NCBI GenBank assembly: GCA_051294375.1
Contig: CM119270.1
Coordinates: 19,443,410-19,478,194, forward strand
Source of the DNA: Paraspadella gotoi
Taxonomy: Eukaryota; Animalia; Chaetognatha
Length of the DNA stretch: 34,785 nt
Direction: 5' to 3'
Of this stretch, positions 12,962 through 24,550 are shown one piece after another. Each line of letters begins with the position of its first letter. Within the stretch, counting starts at the first letter, position 1. The notes under the pieces are model-generated. The model worked only from the letters and a program-made list of their open reading frames with translations, did not search any database and was not told the DNA's origin. Position numbers and translations under genes: made by a program.

Positions 12962-13224
12962 CCCTGGCGCCATCTTGATGGGGCTGGACAGCCCTGGCGC
13001 CATCCTGATGGGGCTGGACAGCCCTGGTGCCAGCTTGATGGGGCTGGCAGCCATGTAGCATATTGATAGGGCTGGACAGCCCTGGCGCTCTCTTGATAGG
13101 GCTGGGCAACCCCGCGCGGTCTTAATGGGGCTGACAGCCCTAGCGCTATTTCGAATGGAGCTAGAATCCTTATCGTCATCTTGATGGGGTTGGCATCCTT
13201 GGCGCCATCTTAATTGGGCTGGCA
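12962..13224. repeat. 30-bp minisatellite (ccctggcgccatcttgatggggctggacag), about 9 units degenerating rightwards
   Basis: Near-perfect units at 12962 and 12992, with progressively diverged units after them. The array is repeated at 14070-14281. Confidence 0.9.
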
Positions 13225-15553
13225 AAAATTGACAGCGCGAATCCGAGGACATCTCGCCTTCGAGGAAGAGGGTCAAGACGCCAGGGGACGCCGCCCTCTT
13301 CTGGTGCGGACGCTTCGTCGCGTACGAAAAAAAGTCGGTCAGGGCGGACACCTCAGCGTCGATCGGTGCCCGAGAGGGAAGATTCACTTCTCACTTCACC
13401 TCACAATTCCACTCACCCTTCACCCGAATGTCCCTCGCTTTGGACACTTTGTCTATCGCCTCTGCCCCCCCCCCCGCTGCTCCGCTGCTCACACCGCGGC
13501 GTCTCTGACCGATGACCCGAATCGACGCTGATAAACGACGAATCACGAAATGAGTTCTGCAAATAATTTCTGTGATTCGAGGGGAAAGAGAGGGAACGAA
13601 GGTTTTCTCGGTTCTGACTCGTTGTTTAAAGGTTGAAGACCGAGAGATGTAAATAAGAGAGAATGCAGGGTTTTATAAAACATACATACTGTACAATGTT
13701 ATGAAGAAATTAGAAACAATAATACTAACAATGAGCAAGGAGTGAAAGAGATGTGAGTCAGTGTGGTCAGTGGGCGTAAGTCAATTGTTTTCCTACGTTC
13801 ACGAAAGAAAACAGACGTGAAAGTAAACGTTATCTCCATTACCATGATTAAACCGCACATATTATTATAATTACTATTACTACAAAATGTTTTTTTTATT
13901 GTCTAATTACTGGTTTAAATGGATTTGCTTTAAATGAATTTAAAGAAACATTCGAGAGAGAAAGTTTTAGTTTTAAAATATAATAAAAACGGAGTTGAAA
14001 TTTGAACTAATATGAACTAACTGACTCATTCTTTATTTATTCCTNNNNNNNNNNNNNNNNNNNNNNNNNGCTGGGACAAGCCTGGTGCCGCTTGATGGGG
14101 CTGCAGCCATGTAGCATATTGATAGGGCTGAACAGCCCTAGGCCTCTCTTGATAGGGCCGGGCAACCCCGCGCGGTCTTAATGGGGCTACAGCCTAGCGC
14201 TATTTCGCAATGGAGCTAGAATCCTTATCGTCATCTTGATGGGTTGGGGCATTCCTTGGCGCCATCTTAATTGGGCTGGCAAAAATTGACAAGGCGCGAA
14301 TCCGAGACATCTCGCCTTCGAGGAAGAGGGTCCAAGACGCCAGGGGACGCCGCCCTCTTCTGGTGCGGACGCTTCGTCGCGTACGAAAAAAAGTCGGTCA
14401 GGGGCGACACCTCAGGCGTCGTCGGATCAGCCGTCCGAGAGGCGAAGATTCACTTCTCACTTCACCTCACAATTCCCACTCCACCCTTCACCCGAATGTC
14501 CCTCGCTTTGGACACTTTGGTCTATCGCCTCTGCCCCCCCCCCCGCTGCTCCGCTGCTCACCGACCGACGGCGTCTCTGACTCGATGACCGAATCGACGC
14601 TGATAAAACGACGAATCACGAAATGAGTTTCTCAAATAATTTCTTTGATTCGAGGGAAAGAGAGGGAACGAAGGTTTTCTTGGTTAAAGGTTGAAGACCG
14701 AGAGATGTAAAATAAGAGAGAATGCAGGGTTTTATAAAACATACATTGTAGAAATCTTTTGTATTTTCTATGCCTGCGGGGTCGCGCGTTCCGAGGCGTC
14801 GGCCGTCGGTAATGAACAGATTTTTGACAAGGAGCAAGGATTTCGTAGTATCTTACTAAATCTCGAAGCGTAAAGAAAAACGTCGAAAAATGTTAGAATA
14901 AATTGTAAATTATTTGTATTTTTTGTAGAGATAAATCCATGGCAAATCAATGAAAAGTCGAAAAAATGTTGTTTAATAAATCCTTGGATCCGTTAAAAAC
15001 TAGCGGTTCCAGACGGCGCGATCTTTTCTTTAAAATGATTCTGATCGATAACAAGTGACGATGTTTCGGCCGAAAGAAAGCCACAAGAGAAAGCAACTAG
15101 AACGGTGAGTGAAAAGAAAGGTCAGGTAAGGTCAACTTAAATGACTAAAAAAAAGAATGACCCGACGCCGAGTAACAAAATATCTTATATACATACTGTT
15201 ACAATGTTTATGAAGAAATTAGAAACAATAATACTAACATGAGCAAGGAGTGAAAGAGATGTGAGTCAGTGTGGTCAGTGGGCGTAAGTCAATTGTTTTC
15301 CTACGTTCACGAAAGAAAACAGACGTGAAAGTAAACGTTATGCTCCATTACCATGATTAAACCGCACATATTATTATAATTACTATTACTACAAAATGTT
15401 TTTTTTTATGTCTAATTACTGGTTAAATGGATTTGCTTTAAATGAATTTAAAGAAACATTCGCAGAGAGAAAGTTTTAGTTTTAAAATATAATAAAAACG
15501 GAGTGGAAATTTGAACTAATATGAACTAACTGACTCATTCTTTATTTATTCCT
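13013..15553. repeat. Near-identical direct duplication, 13013-14044 versus 14070-15553, separated by a 25-N gap (probably two alleles or reads of one locus)
   Basis: Colinear throughout, and both copies end ...actcattctttatttattcct. Differences are mostly 1-2 bp indels plus a 448-bp segment present only in copy 2. Confidence 0.9.
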
Positions 15554-17012
15554 TTCACACTAGCTTATTCATAGTAGCTCGTGAGTAGTTCAAAAAAACG
15601 AAACAAAAAAAACAAAAAAAAAAAAAAAAAAAAAACACGAAACGTGACACAAAACTCGCAATTTGTTTTTTCTTCTCCCTTTTTTGATTATCTTAAACTC
15701 TAGGCCAATATAGTTTCCTTTATTTCGCTATGAATACCAATAAATAAATAAAAAATAAAATAAAAGAAAAAAAGGGAAAAAAAGTCATTTCCGGTTTTAT
15801 ATCCGACGATTTCTGTCGAGGCGAAAAAATCAAGGGAAAACCCAAAGCCACAGAAAGTAGGAAAATAGGAAAGAAGGAAGGAAGGAAAAAATAAAGAGGG
15901 AATGGGGAAAAAAATTGTTTGGTCGAATTCCCGGGGCCGGNNNNNNNNNNNNNNNNNNNNNNNNNNNNNNNNNNNNNNNNNNNNNNNNNNNNNNNNNNNN
16001 NNNNNNNNNNNNNNNNNNNNNNNNNNNNNNNNNNNNNNNNNNNNNNNNNNNNNNNNNNNNNNNNNNNNNNNNNNNNNNNNNNNNNNNNNNNNNNNNNNNN
16101 NNNNNNNNNNNNNNNNNNNNNNNNNNNNNNNNNNNNNNNNNNNNNNNNNNNNNNNNNNNNNNNNNNNNNNNNNNNNNNNNNNNNNNNNNNNNNNNNNNNN
16201 NNNNNNNNNNNNNNNNNNNNNNNNNNNNNNNNNNNNNNNNNNNNNNNNNNNNNNNNNNNNNNNNNNNNNNNNNNNNNNNNNNNNNNNNNNNNNNNNNNNN
16301 NNNNNNNNNNNNNNNNNNNNNNNNNNNNNNNNNNNNNNNNNNNNNNNNNNNNNNNNNNNNNNNNNNNNNNNNNNNNNNNNNNNNNNNNNNNNNNNNNNNN
16401 NNNNNNNNNNNNNNNNNNNNNNNNNNNNNNNNNNNNNNNNNAGGCAGTTGCGGTAGACGAATGTGGGAAAAGCAATTTGTAAAGAAAGTGAAAAACGAAA
16501 ACGGGAAATTAAATTTAAGGTAAGTTTGATTTATATGTTGTTTAGAGACATTTATTTTACTGACTTGGGTTTTCGTCTTCTCCTATCAATTTTTTATACA
16601 ACTGGAGAAAAGAAAATATTCCTAAATGATCTCTATGATTCCTCGCTTTATTTAATCTATATTTGTAGCCAATGGACTACAATGTTTGAGAATGATCACT
16701 TAACTATATTACAAAAAGCAAATGTTGACCGTTAAGATTATTAATACTATTTATTTTATTTAGTTTTATTGCGGTTTTTTACTCGGCTTCTTATAAAATT
16801 TCCTTGTTGTATTTTTTCTCTCTTTATTTTTCTCTCTTTCTTTATTTCTTTTTTTTTTTTTNNNNNNNNNNNNNNNNNNNNNNNNNNNNNNNNNNTTTTT
16901 TTTTTCTTCCTTTTTTCTTCTTTCAATTTTTATTTATTCTCTTTCTTTCGATCGTTCTTTCTCTCTTTCTCTGCGTTCCTCTTTTTCTCCTTTTTCGTAC
17001 TTACTTTTCTTC

Positions 17013-17015
<3 letters not shown>

Positions 17016-17101
<86 letters not shown>

Positions 17102-17138
17102 TTTATATTTCTTTCTTTCTGTCTTTCTTTCTGTCTTT
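17016..17138. repeat. (CTTT)n microsatellite
   Basis: Direct reading. Similar CTTT/GAAA tracts lie near 10408, 28990-29270 and 33380-33480. Confidence 0.95.
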
Positions 17139-17161
17139 CACTCCCTCACCCAGAACACCTT

Positions 17162-17173
17162 TGCGCATGCGCA
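17162..17173. promoter_or_regulatory. Perfect NRF1/EWG-type palindrome TGCGCATGCGCA
   Basis: Exact 12-bp match to the established NRF1 consensus. Function is not demonstrated. Confidence 0.4.
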
Positions 17174-17389
17174 GTTCGAAGCTGCGAGGATTTTCAGGGG
17201 ATGAAGAAAGGATTAAAGTTTCTCGACTTCGAGAAAAAAAAATTGCGGCAGAGTTGCGCAATTGCAACGCGTTGCTGCTTTTGTTTACAGTTGCAACAAA
17301 GGAATAGGGATGTGGCTTTATGGCATCTCGTGAAGGCAGTTGGTTTTTTTATTATTATCAATTATTTATCAATTATTAATATTTGGTTT

Positions 17390-17775
17390 AAGCCTTTAAA
17401 AACATGCTATTGCAAGTGTAGAAAAACTTTGTTTTCTACGCCCGCGAGGTCAAGCGTTCGAGGCGTCAGCCGTCCGGAGAATATGTTTTAACGTAGGCTC
17501 ACTAAATCTTGAAAGCAGCAATAAATGACGAATAAATTCTGAAAAAACGTTTATTTGGAGACTCACAAATCCAGAAAATGTAGTGGTTTTTGTGGTTAAA
17601 TTTGTATTAATCTGTGGAACCTGTGAAAACTAAGTTCCCGACAGCCGATCTGAATACTTTACTTAATTCTGCGCGAATCATCAGTTTCTGAACGTTTTCT
17701 AAATTTTAGGCTAAAAGAAGCCGCACGAAAGCAACGAGACGGTGAAAAGATAAGGTCAGCTCAGGTCATTAAAGA
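17390..17775 (+). repeat. Diverged dispersed repeat homologous to about 14730-15140 (possible old non-autonomous transposon fragment)
   Basis: Colinear blocks: ttttctacgcccgcgaggtcaagcgttcgaggcgtcagccgtc versus ttttctatgcctgcggggtcgcgcgttccgaggcgtcggccgtc; actaaatct; gaaagcaac..acggtga; aaggtcag..aggtca. Confidence 0.7.
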
Positions 17776-18650
17776 TTGATCCAGCGCTAGACAATATTTC
17801 ACAGCATGCAAGCCAGATTGTATGCAACATGCTACCTGCTACATTTTTTACTGACTAAACGGTTTGAAACTTGGCCAGATCTAGCACACATTATGTCAAG
17901 TTATAACCAGATATGCAATGGAGGTAAATTTATTGAACATTAGGTTAGAAGAATTTTTAAAGGGGGGAAGATTTTTCAATATATATCGAGTAAAATGATA
18001 GTTTTAATTGATTCTAATGACTTTTTCTCAATGACTTTGTAATGTATTTATTACATTAGAGAATCAGTAAAAACGAGTTTTATTAAGTAGAGAATTTTCA
18101 TGACTTAAAATCGAACTGAAAATATTTCAGTTAACAAGCATAAAAGTAAACAATTGAATTTGATGAAAGAATAAAAAATTTAAAGCCGGCAAGCCATCTT
18201 TGGAGAAAAAGATTGAATCTTATAAAAACAAAAAATTTCAGATCTTGTCAATCCTTTTTGTTAAGATTTGAAGTCGAGAATGCAAGCCCACCTGCTTGGC
18301 TATGCACTGGAATTCCTGCAGTCCAATGCTTCTCGCTCGGGTTTGAATCCGGATGAGAGCTTTTTTTTCTTAAATCAATAAATCAATCTATTAATCTCGA
18401 TGTGGATCTATTTTATAATCCACTCGAGTGGCCGCATATATATTTAAAAATCTTTTCACCGTTTAAACTTTTTACCTAACTGCAATTAGAAAGTATTAAA
18501 TTCTTTTAAATAATTCCGGGATTTGTGAGCCAGATGCCCATAACAATTAAAAATAATAACAAACGCATTTTAAAGGAAAATACGTGCCTCCAAAATTTTA
18601 AGAATCGAGAAATCCGTACGCTGCAATATGCAAATTATTTTTTTGATAAT

Positions 18651-18750
<100 letters not shown>

Positions 18751-18942
18751 GCGGCTGCGGTCGTCACCGTGTCTAGCAACAGTTTGAAATGAAGGCAATT
18801 AAGAAAAATCGCGATTTTTTTCTTGCTTAGTTTTTCTTTCTTTTTCTTCTTTTTTTCTTTTTTCCGTGATTGCGTTTAAAACCTCCAACTTCGAGTCGAG
18901 TCAGTTTAGGCTTCGTCGCTCACGGAAGAAAATGAAGGTGGA

Positions 18943-19126
18943 GAGTGGCGGAAGTCGGAGTGGCGAAAGTCGGAGTGGCGGAATTGGGAGTGGTGGAATT
19001 GGACGTGGTGGAAGTCGGAGTGGTGGAAGTCGGAGTGGCGAAAGTGGAAGTGGTGGAAGTCGCAGTGGCGAAAGTGGCGAAAATGGGAGTGGTGGAAGTC
19101 GGAGTGGCGAAAGTGGGAGTGGTGGA
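18943..19126. repeat. 15-bp minisatellite (ggagtggYgRaagtc), about 12 units
   Basis: Repeated ggagtggcggaagtc, ggagtggcgaaagtc and ggagtggtggaagtc units. Confidence 0.9.
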
Positions 19127-20192
19127 ACCAAAAAATTTTGTGGCCGTTGAGATGTTAAATTGATAAGTAAAGTTGGGAGGAGCGAAGAGGAATGAAACTT
19201 ATTGGCGGTGATTGCGTGAAAAACCCAACTGAGTCTTTCTTTTGACCAAAAATATTATTCACCCGGGAAATTTGTCAGAAATGAATTTAGTATAATTTAT
19301 CTCTATTTACCATTTTTCGCCAAAATGATATATAGGCCATGTCACTTGGCAAATGTAAAGGGTAATGCGATTATTGCGATATGTGGTAAAGTATATCGAC
19401 TTTGCGGCGACTTTATGTGAATCGATTTTTAGAAAACAGAGTGAGACCAAATTGGGAGCGTTATCGTGAGCGACGCGTGGTCACGGAGAGAGTGAAAGAG
19501 GTGAGTAGTGTTAACCCGGGTCTAGAGACCGGAAAAGGTAAGTGAAGATGAAAATGGCTAAAGAAGGTGTGAAAAGGAGTTAGGGTAAGAAAAGAGTGAT
19601 AAGGAGTGGTAGAGCAAAGTCATAGACCATTGTAGAAAATACAAAACGTGTTTTGGCTGCTGTTCAGTGTTCGCTGTTCAGTGTTCAGTGTTCAGAGAAA
19701 AATCATAGAAAACTGAATGAAAAAAAAATCAGGTTTTGAATTAAACTGAGAGAAGAGAGATCGAAAATCAATAAACGTGCACTGACTGCGGCGTGACACG
19801 CAAAAATGAGTTTCGAGTGAATGTGAGAGCAACGACTACGTGACAACGAAGAAAAATTCACTGAGTGAAAGAAGAAATTGGTGAGATCGAAAAAGAGACA
19901 AGAGTGAGAAAAGTGAAAGTGATGAAGTCTGAAAGCGAGAGAGACTAAAAGCAAAAAGTCTCAACCTCTCAACGAAAAGCGACAAGGGCGAAAAGGAAAA
20001 ACTAAGGAAAAGCTCTGCCCCCCCCCCTTTAAAAAAAGAGCAAAGGAAAAGGTGAACTTAACAAGATTAGTTGCGGTAGGATTCTCTCTCTCTTTCTCTC
20101 TCTGTCTTTCGATTTTGGTTAGAAAAGAAATGTTTTTTGGGGTTCTGGTTCATCCTCTTCCTCTCTCTCTCTCTCTCCTTCTCCTCTCACTC

Positions 20193-20230
<38 letters not shown>

Positions 20231-21342
20231 GGCGCGGTGATATTTAAACGAAAACAGTTGCAACAATGAACCTGACGAAAAATATTTTTTATTACTCTTA
20301 AAAACATTGATTCTATTATAATCTCTTTGTATGCTTACTCATTTCTTTTAAAAAAGTTGTTGTGCTTGAATTTTACCAGCTGCCCGCAATATATTCCCTA
20401 AAATGCGCCTTAATTAGACTCTCTCTCTCTCTCTCTCTGCTCTCTCTCTCTCTCTCTATAGAAGTCACGCCCTCATATCTCCTCCCTCTCTCTTTGTCTA
20501 CGAGAGAAAAAAGCACGAGGTCAAGCTCCTCACACAAGTTTAGTTTGCTGCGCCGATAAATATCTGCCGTTCGGTTGCTACAATTACGAGACGATGCTGC
20601 AATTAGTTGAATAATAGACACTGGGTTTTCATTACAGTGGGTTTAGACAGTTATCATAACGGTTGATGTTATAATGTTTTTTTTTCTGGCTATTTGTAGC
20701 CGAATCAAAAAACGTCAGGCCAAAAAAACGTCAGCCGTAATTCAATGGGACCTTTGGTTGCGGAAATTGTTGTTCAGCAATTAGTTTGCAGCAACCCGTT
20801 TTGCGGCAGAAATCGTCAGCGACGGTCGAGCGCGAGGATCCCTTGTCTCCCGCATAACTGGCTTAATCGTCGACGAGGGCATTGGTCAGAGTTTATTACC
20901 GCGATAGGACTACAACGAGGATGGGGGCGTGACAGAAGGGAAAGGTGGCGTTGCAGAGATGGGTTGGGGCGTGACAGAGAGGAGAGGAGGCGTGACAGAG
21001 AGGGAAAGAAGGTTTCAGAGGAGGAAAGGGCGTGAGAAAGAGGGAGAGTGTTGGGGAGCTAGGGGGAAGGGTGGCAAGGAGAGAGATTCCGGAGAGGTGT
21101 GTTTCTTTCAAGGGACGAAGGCGGCGTGGCAAAGTGGTAAGCGGAGCGTGACAGTAAGGGCGTGACAAGGGAGGTTATCGAATGGGAAAACTAATGAAAA
21201 TTAAAAGGATGGAATTAAAAGTTTTTTTTTAACTGGCATCCGGTAAAATCTCACGTGAGTAAACGAGTGAGATGTTTTTCAGTTCGACTCTGCCATCCAG
21301 GAAGACTGACTGACCTGAATGATCTCCAGAGTCTGGCCGAAG

Positions 21343-21345
<3 letters not shown>

Positions 21346-21381
<36 letters not shown>
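21346..21381. repeat. (GAC)n trinucleotide microsatellite
   Basis: Direct reading. Similar tracts lie at 5712-5748 and 34624-34646. Confidence 0.95.
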
Positions 21382-21383
<2 letters not shown>

Positions 21384-23948
21384 ACTTATGCAAACGTCGT
21401 CGTAATTCTTCCCGCGGGGTCGACTGGTCCGAGGGAGGGAGAAGGGGAAGAGAAAGGGAGGAAGGGGAAGGGGGAAAGGTGAAAAAGAGGAAAGGGTGTA
21501 AAAGAGGAGGTGGAAATGAGAAGAAGGTGGAAAAAAGAAGAAAGTGGAAAACAGGAGGAGGTGGTAAGAGGAGGAAGTTGAAATTAGGAGGAGGTGGAAA
21601 AAAAAGGAAGCTGGAAAAAAAAAGTTGGTGGAGATGAGGAGGAGGTGGAAATTGTGGAATGAGGAATGGTCGAAAGTTGGAATATCGAGGTGAATCTGGA
21701 TTTTTGTCTTGGGAATCACACCGGACTTGTAAAGTTTGTCACCGTTTCAAGAATTACTAGACATTAATGTCCGAAGCGATCGTGAATTTCTTGACCACAT
21801 GTGAATCGGCCGGCCTCCACCAATCCACAACCCACAACCCACAACCGGATCTGGAGTGGATTTAAGTTGGACCAGAAGGATCCCGTGGGGTCAACCGGTC
21901 ATAATTCCGTTACAATGGATTTCCATCTCATTTGCATAATCGAATGAAGACCAAAAAATCGGGTTAGTCTTATGAAGGTCAATAAAAGATCCGGGATGAA
22001 AGTATGGTTGGTCTTTCTTTGATTAAAGGGCGCTGAACAAACGAGCATGATACAGTTGATTGGTTTTAAAAAGCGAAATTTAAAAGTTCTTTTGGAATAC
22101 TTTGTATGTCTTTTAAAAAACTTTTGACGTTAGATATTGATTTTTTATTGTTTCATTTTACCTTTTTTTTCCATTTAAACCTGTCATAAAAGACTAAAGT
22201 TTTCTAGTCTTTTACACTGTTACTGTTTACGATTATGTTAATACTGTTTTTGGTATTAAAAATTAAAATAAGAAGCAGAAGTAAAAAAAAATAAAAAAAT
22301 AAAGTAAATACAAATAAAGTAAAGATAAAAAGAATAAAGAAAAAAAAATTTCCCTGTTACTTTTTTTCTCATTTTTAAATTTTTTTTTATCTCCGCTTCT
22401 GAAAAAAACAAAATTCTTCCGTGGCGATAGAAAATAAAACGGAAAGGAAATATTCACGATCCGAAAATCGATTTTTAACTTCCGCCATCTTTTTTTTTAC
22501 TCGAGTCCCGGACGAATTCAATTTAGCGCTCTCCCCAGAGTTCGAACCAATTTTCAGAAGCGCCCTCGCACCATTCCAAATATGGGCATTGCAATGAGAG
22601 AGAAAGAAGGAGAAAAAAAATGAGTCAGAGAGAGAAAGAAAGAAAACGACTTCGTTACTCTCGTTCTTGCTAAACTTCTCTCNNNNNNNNNNNNNNNNNN
22701 NNNNNNNNNNNNNNNNNNNNNNNNNNNNNNNNNNNNNNNNNNNNNNNNNNNNNNNNNNNNNNNNNNNNNNNNNNNNNNNNNNNNNNNNNNNNNNNNNNNN
22801 NNNNNNNNNNNNNNNNNNNNNNNNNNNNNNNNNNNNNNNNNNNNNNNNNNNNNNNNNNNNNNNNNNNNNNNNNNNNNNNNNNNNNNNNNNNNNNNNNNNN
22901 NNNNNNNNNNNNNNNNNNNNNNNNNNNNNNNNNNNNNNNNNNNNNNNNNNNNNNNNNNNNNNNNNNNNNNNNNNNNNNNNNNNNNNNNNNNNNNNNNNNN
23001 NNNNNNNNNNNNNNNNNNNNNNNNNNNNNNNNNNNNNNNNNNNNNNNNNNNNNNNNNNNNNNNNNNNNNNNNNNNNNNNNNNNNNNNNNNNNNNNNTCTC
23101 TCTCTCGTCTCTCTCTCTCTCTTCTTCTCTCTCTCTCTCTCCTCTCTTCTCTCTCTCTCTCGTCTCTCTCGTGCGTCTGCTGCTCGTCTCGTGCTGCTGC
23201 TCTGTGCTGCTCTGGCCTGCTGCGGTCGGGGGTCGTGCTCTGCTCGTCTGGCGTGCGTTGGGGTCTGCTTGCTGGCTCGTGGCGTGGGTCGGCTTTCGGT
23301 GGCTCACTCTCCTCATCTCTCTCCAACCCCAGCCCTTCGCCATCCAGATTCAATTTGGGGGGGGCTCTCCGATCAAAGAAAGAGGATGCATCTCTACTGG
23401 CTAATTCTTTTGGGTCGGAAGGGGTGAGGTTAAGACGAAGCAAAGATCGAAGCCGAGTGGTTTATGGACTTTCGCTTTCCTCACCAGAAAAGATGATTTG
23501 GTTTGGATGGACGTTAAGCTAATGAAAAAAACGGCTTTTATCATTATTTCTGTTTATTTTTTTTATTAACTGTTTCATTAAGAATTTTTTAAACGTATAT
23601 TCTAAAACAATAACTCAATTAAATAAGTTTACGTTTGCTTTGTGTTTTATTCTGTGATTCCTTTTTTTATTTATACATTTGACCTCAATTTCACTACCTT
23701 CCTTTTTTTTACCTCATTTTCTCGTTTTCTTTTTATTATTAATTTTTTCTCGTTTTCCCGTTTGATATTTCTTTCATAATCGATGAACGGAGTCGCCCGT
23801 ATGACTCTCTCTCTGTCTCTCTCTCGATCTCCACCCGAAAGAAAGAGAGAGAGAGAGCGAGCATTATGTAAATGGGAGACTTAAAGACCAGGACCCTTGT
23901 GTGTCAGCATCTTTTTCGACTGGCTTTCCTTCATACAGAAAAAAAAAA

Positions 23949-23983
<35 letters not shown>

Positions 23984-24148
23984 GTTCTCCCAGTTACTGA
24001 TGAGAGGTCGTTATGAGGCTCTTAGAACTTCCACTTAGCGAAAAAATCGAGGGCCTAATCTTCGGTTCCATTTTCACGGGATTCCGTAATTGAATTCCTC
24101 TTCGACTTTTCGCCGGCGGAGAAAATCGCTTTTATTACGTCGGGGGAC

Positions 24149-24181
<33 letters not shown>

Positions 24182-24300
24182 ATTATAACTAAGGTTCAAT
24201 TTTTTTGTGTGTGTATAGTACTTACCTACAATGTTGTTAGAATTAATTTTTCTAATCAAAGTCATGACGCTAATGTCTAGTTTTCTTCTTTGTTTTCCAG

Positions 24301-24367
24301 TTGTTTTGTTCGACACGACGAAACAGTCTTACCTCGGATGGACGACTCACCCGCCGCGAGATGAGAA
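24301..24367 (+). CDS. Eph: Eph receptor exon A: start of ephrin ligand-binding domain (xVLFDTTKQSYLGWTTHPPRDE)
   Basis: Acceptor ttttcttctttgttttccag ends at 24300 and donor GTGAGT starts at 24368. The exon is phase 1 in, phase 2 out. The translation matches the Eph N-terminal motif V-L-[LF]-D-T...L-G-W-x-x-x-P and joins exon B in frame (AA+C = Asn). Confidence 0.9.
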
Positions 24368-24550
24368 GTGAGTAAATTTGGGGGAAAAATGATAAACTTA
24401 CCTTTTTAGTTTTAAAACATCTCAACTCGTTAAATCTCGTTGAAGTGTTTTTCCAACGCAACAATCAAATATCTCACTCCATCATTGCGCCACTCGCTCA
24501 CCCCATCCCCATCATTGGCTAACTTACCCTTACCTTACCTTCGCCTCCAG

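Noticed and set aside
12197-13224. Palindromic repeats resembling a CRISPR array
   Set aside because: They are contiguous tandem units with no unique spacers, there are no cas genes, and the context is eukaryotic.
23160-23310. Hydrophobic, signal-peptide-like translation (LVRLLLVSCCCSVLLWPAAVGG)
   Set aside because: It has no ATG or compatible donor. The stretch is almost devoid of A and adjoins a gap, which suggests low-quality or low-complexity sequence.
23386-23427. ATG-MHLYWLILLGRKG followed by GTGAGG as Eph signal-peptide exon 1
   Set aside because: The donor at 23424 gives phase 2 whereas exon A needs phase 1, and 12-13 residues is too short for a signal peptide.
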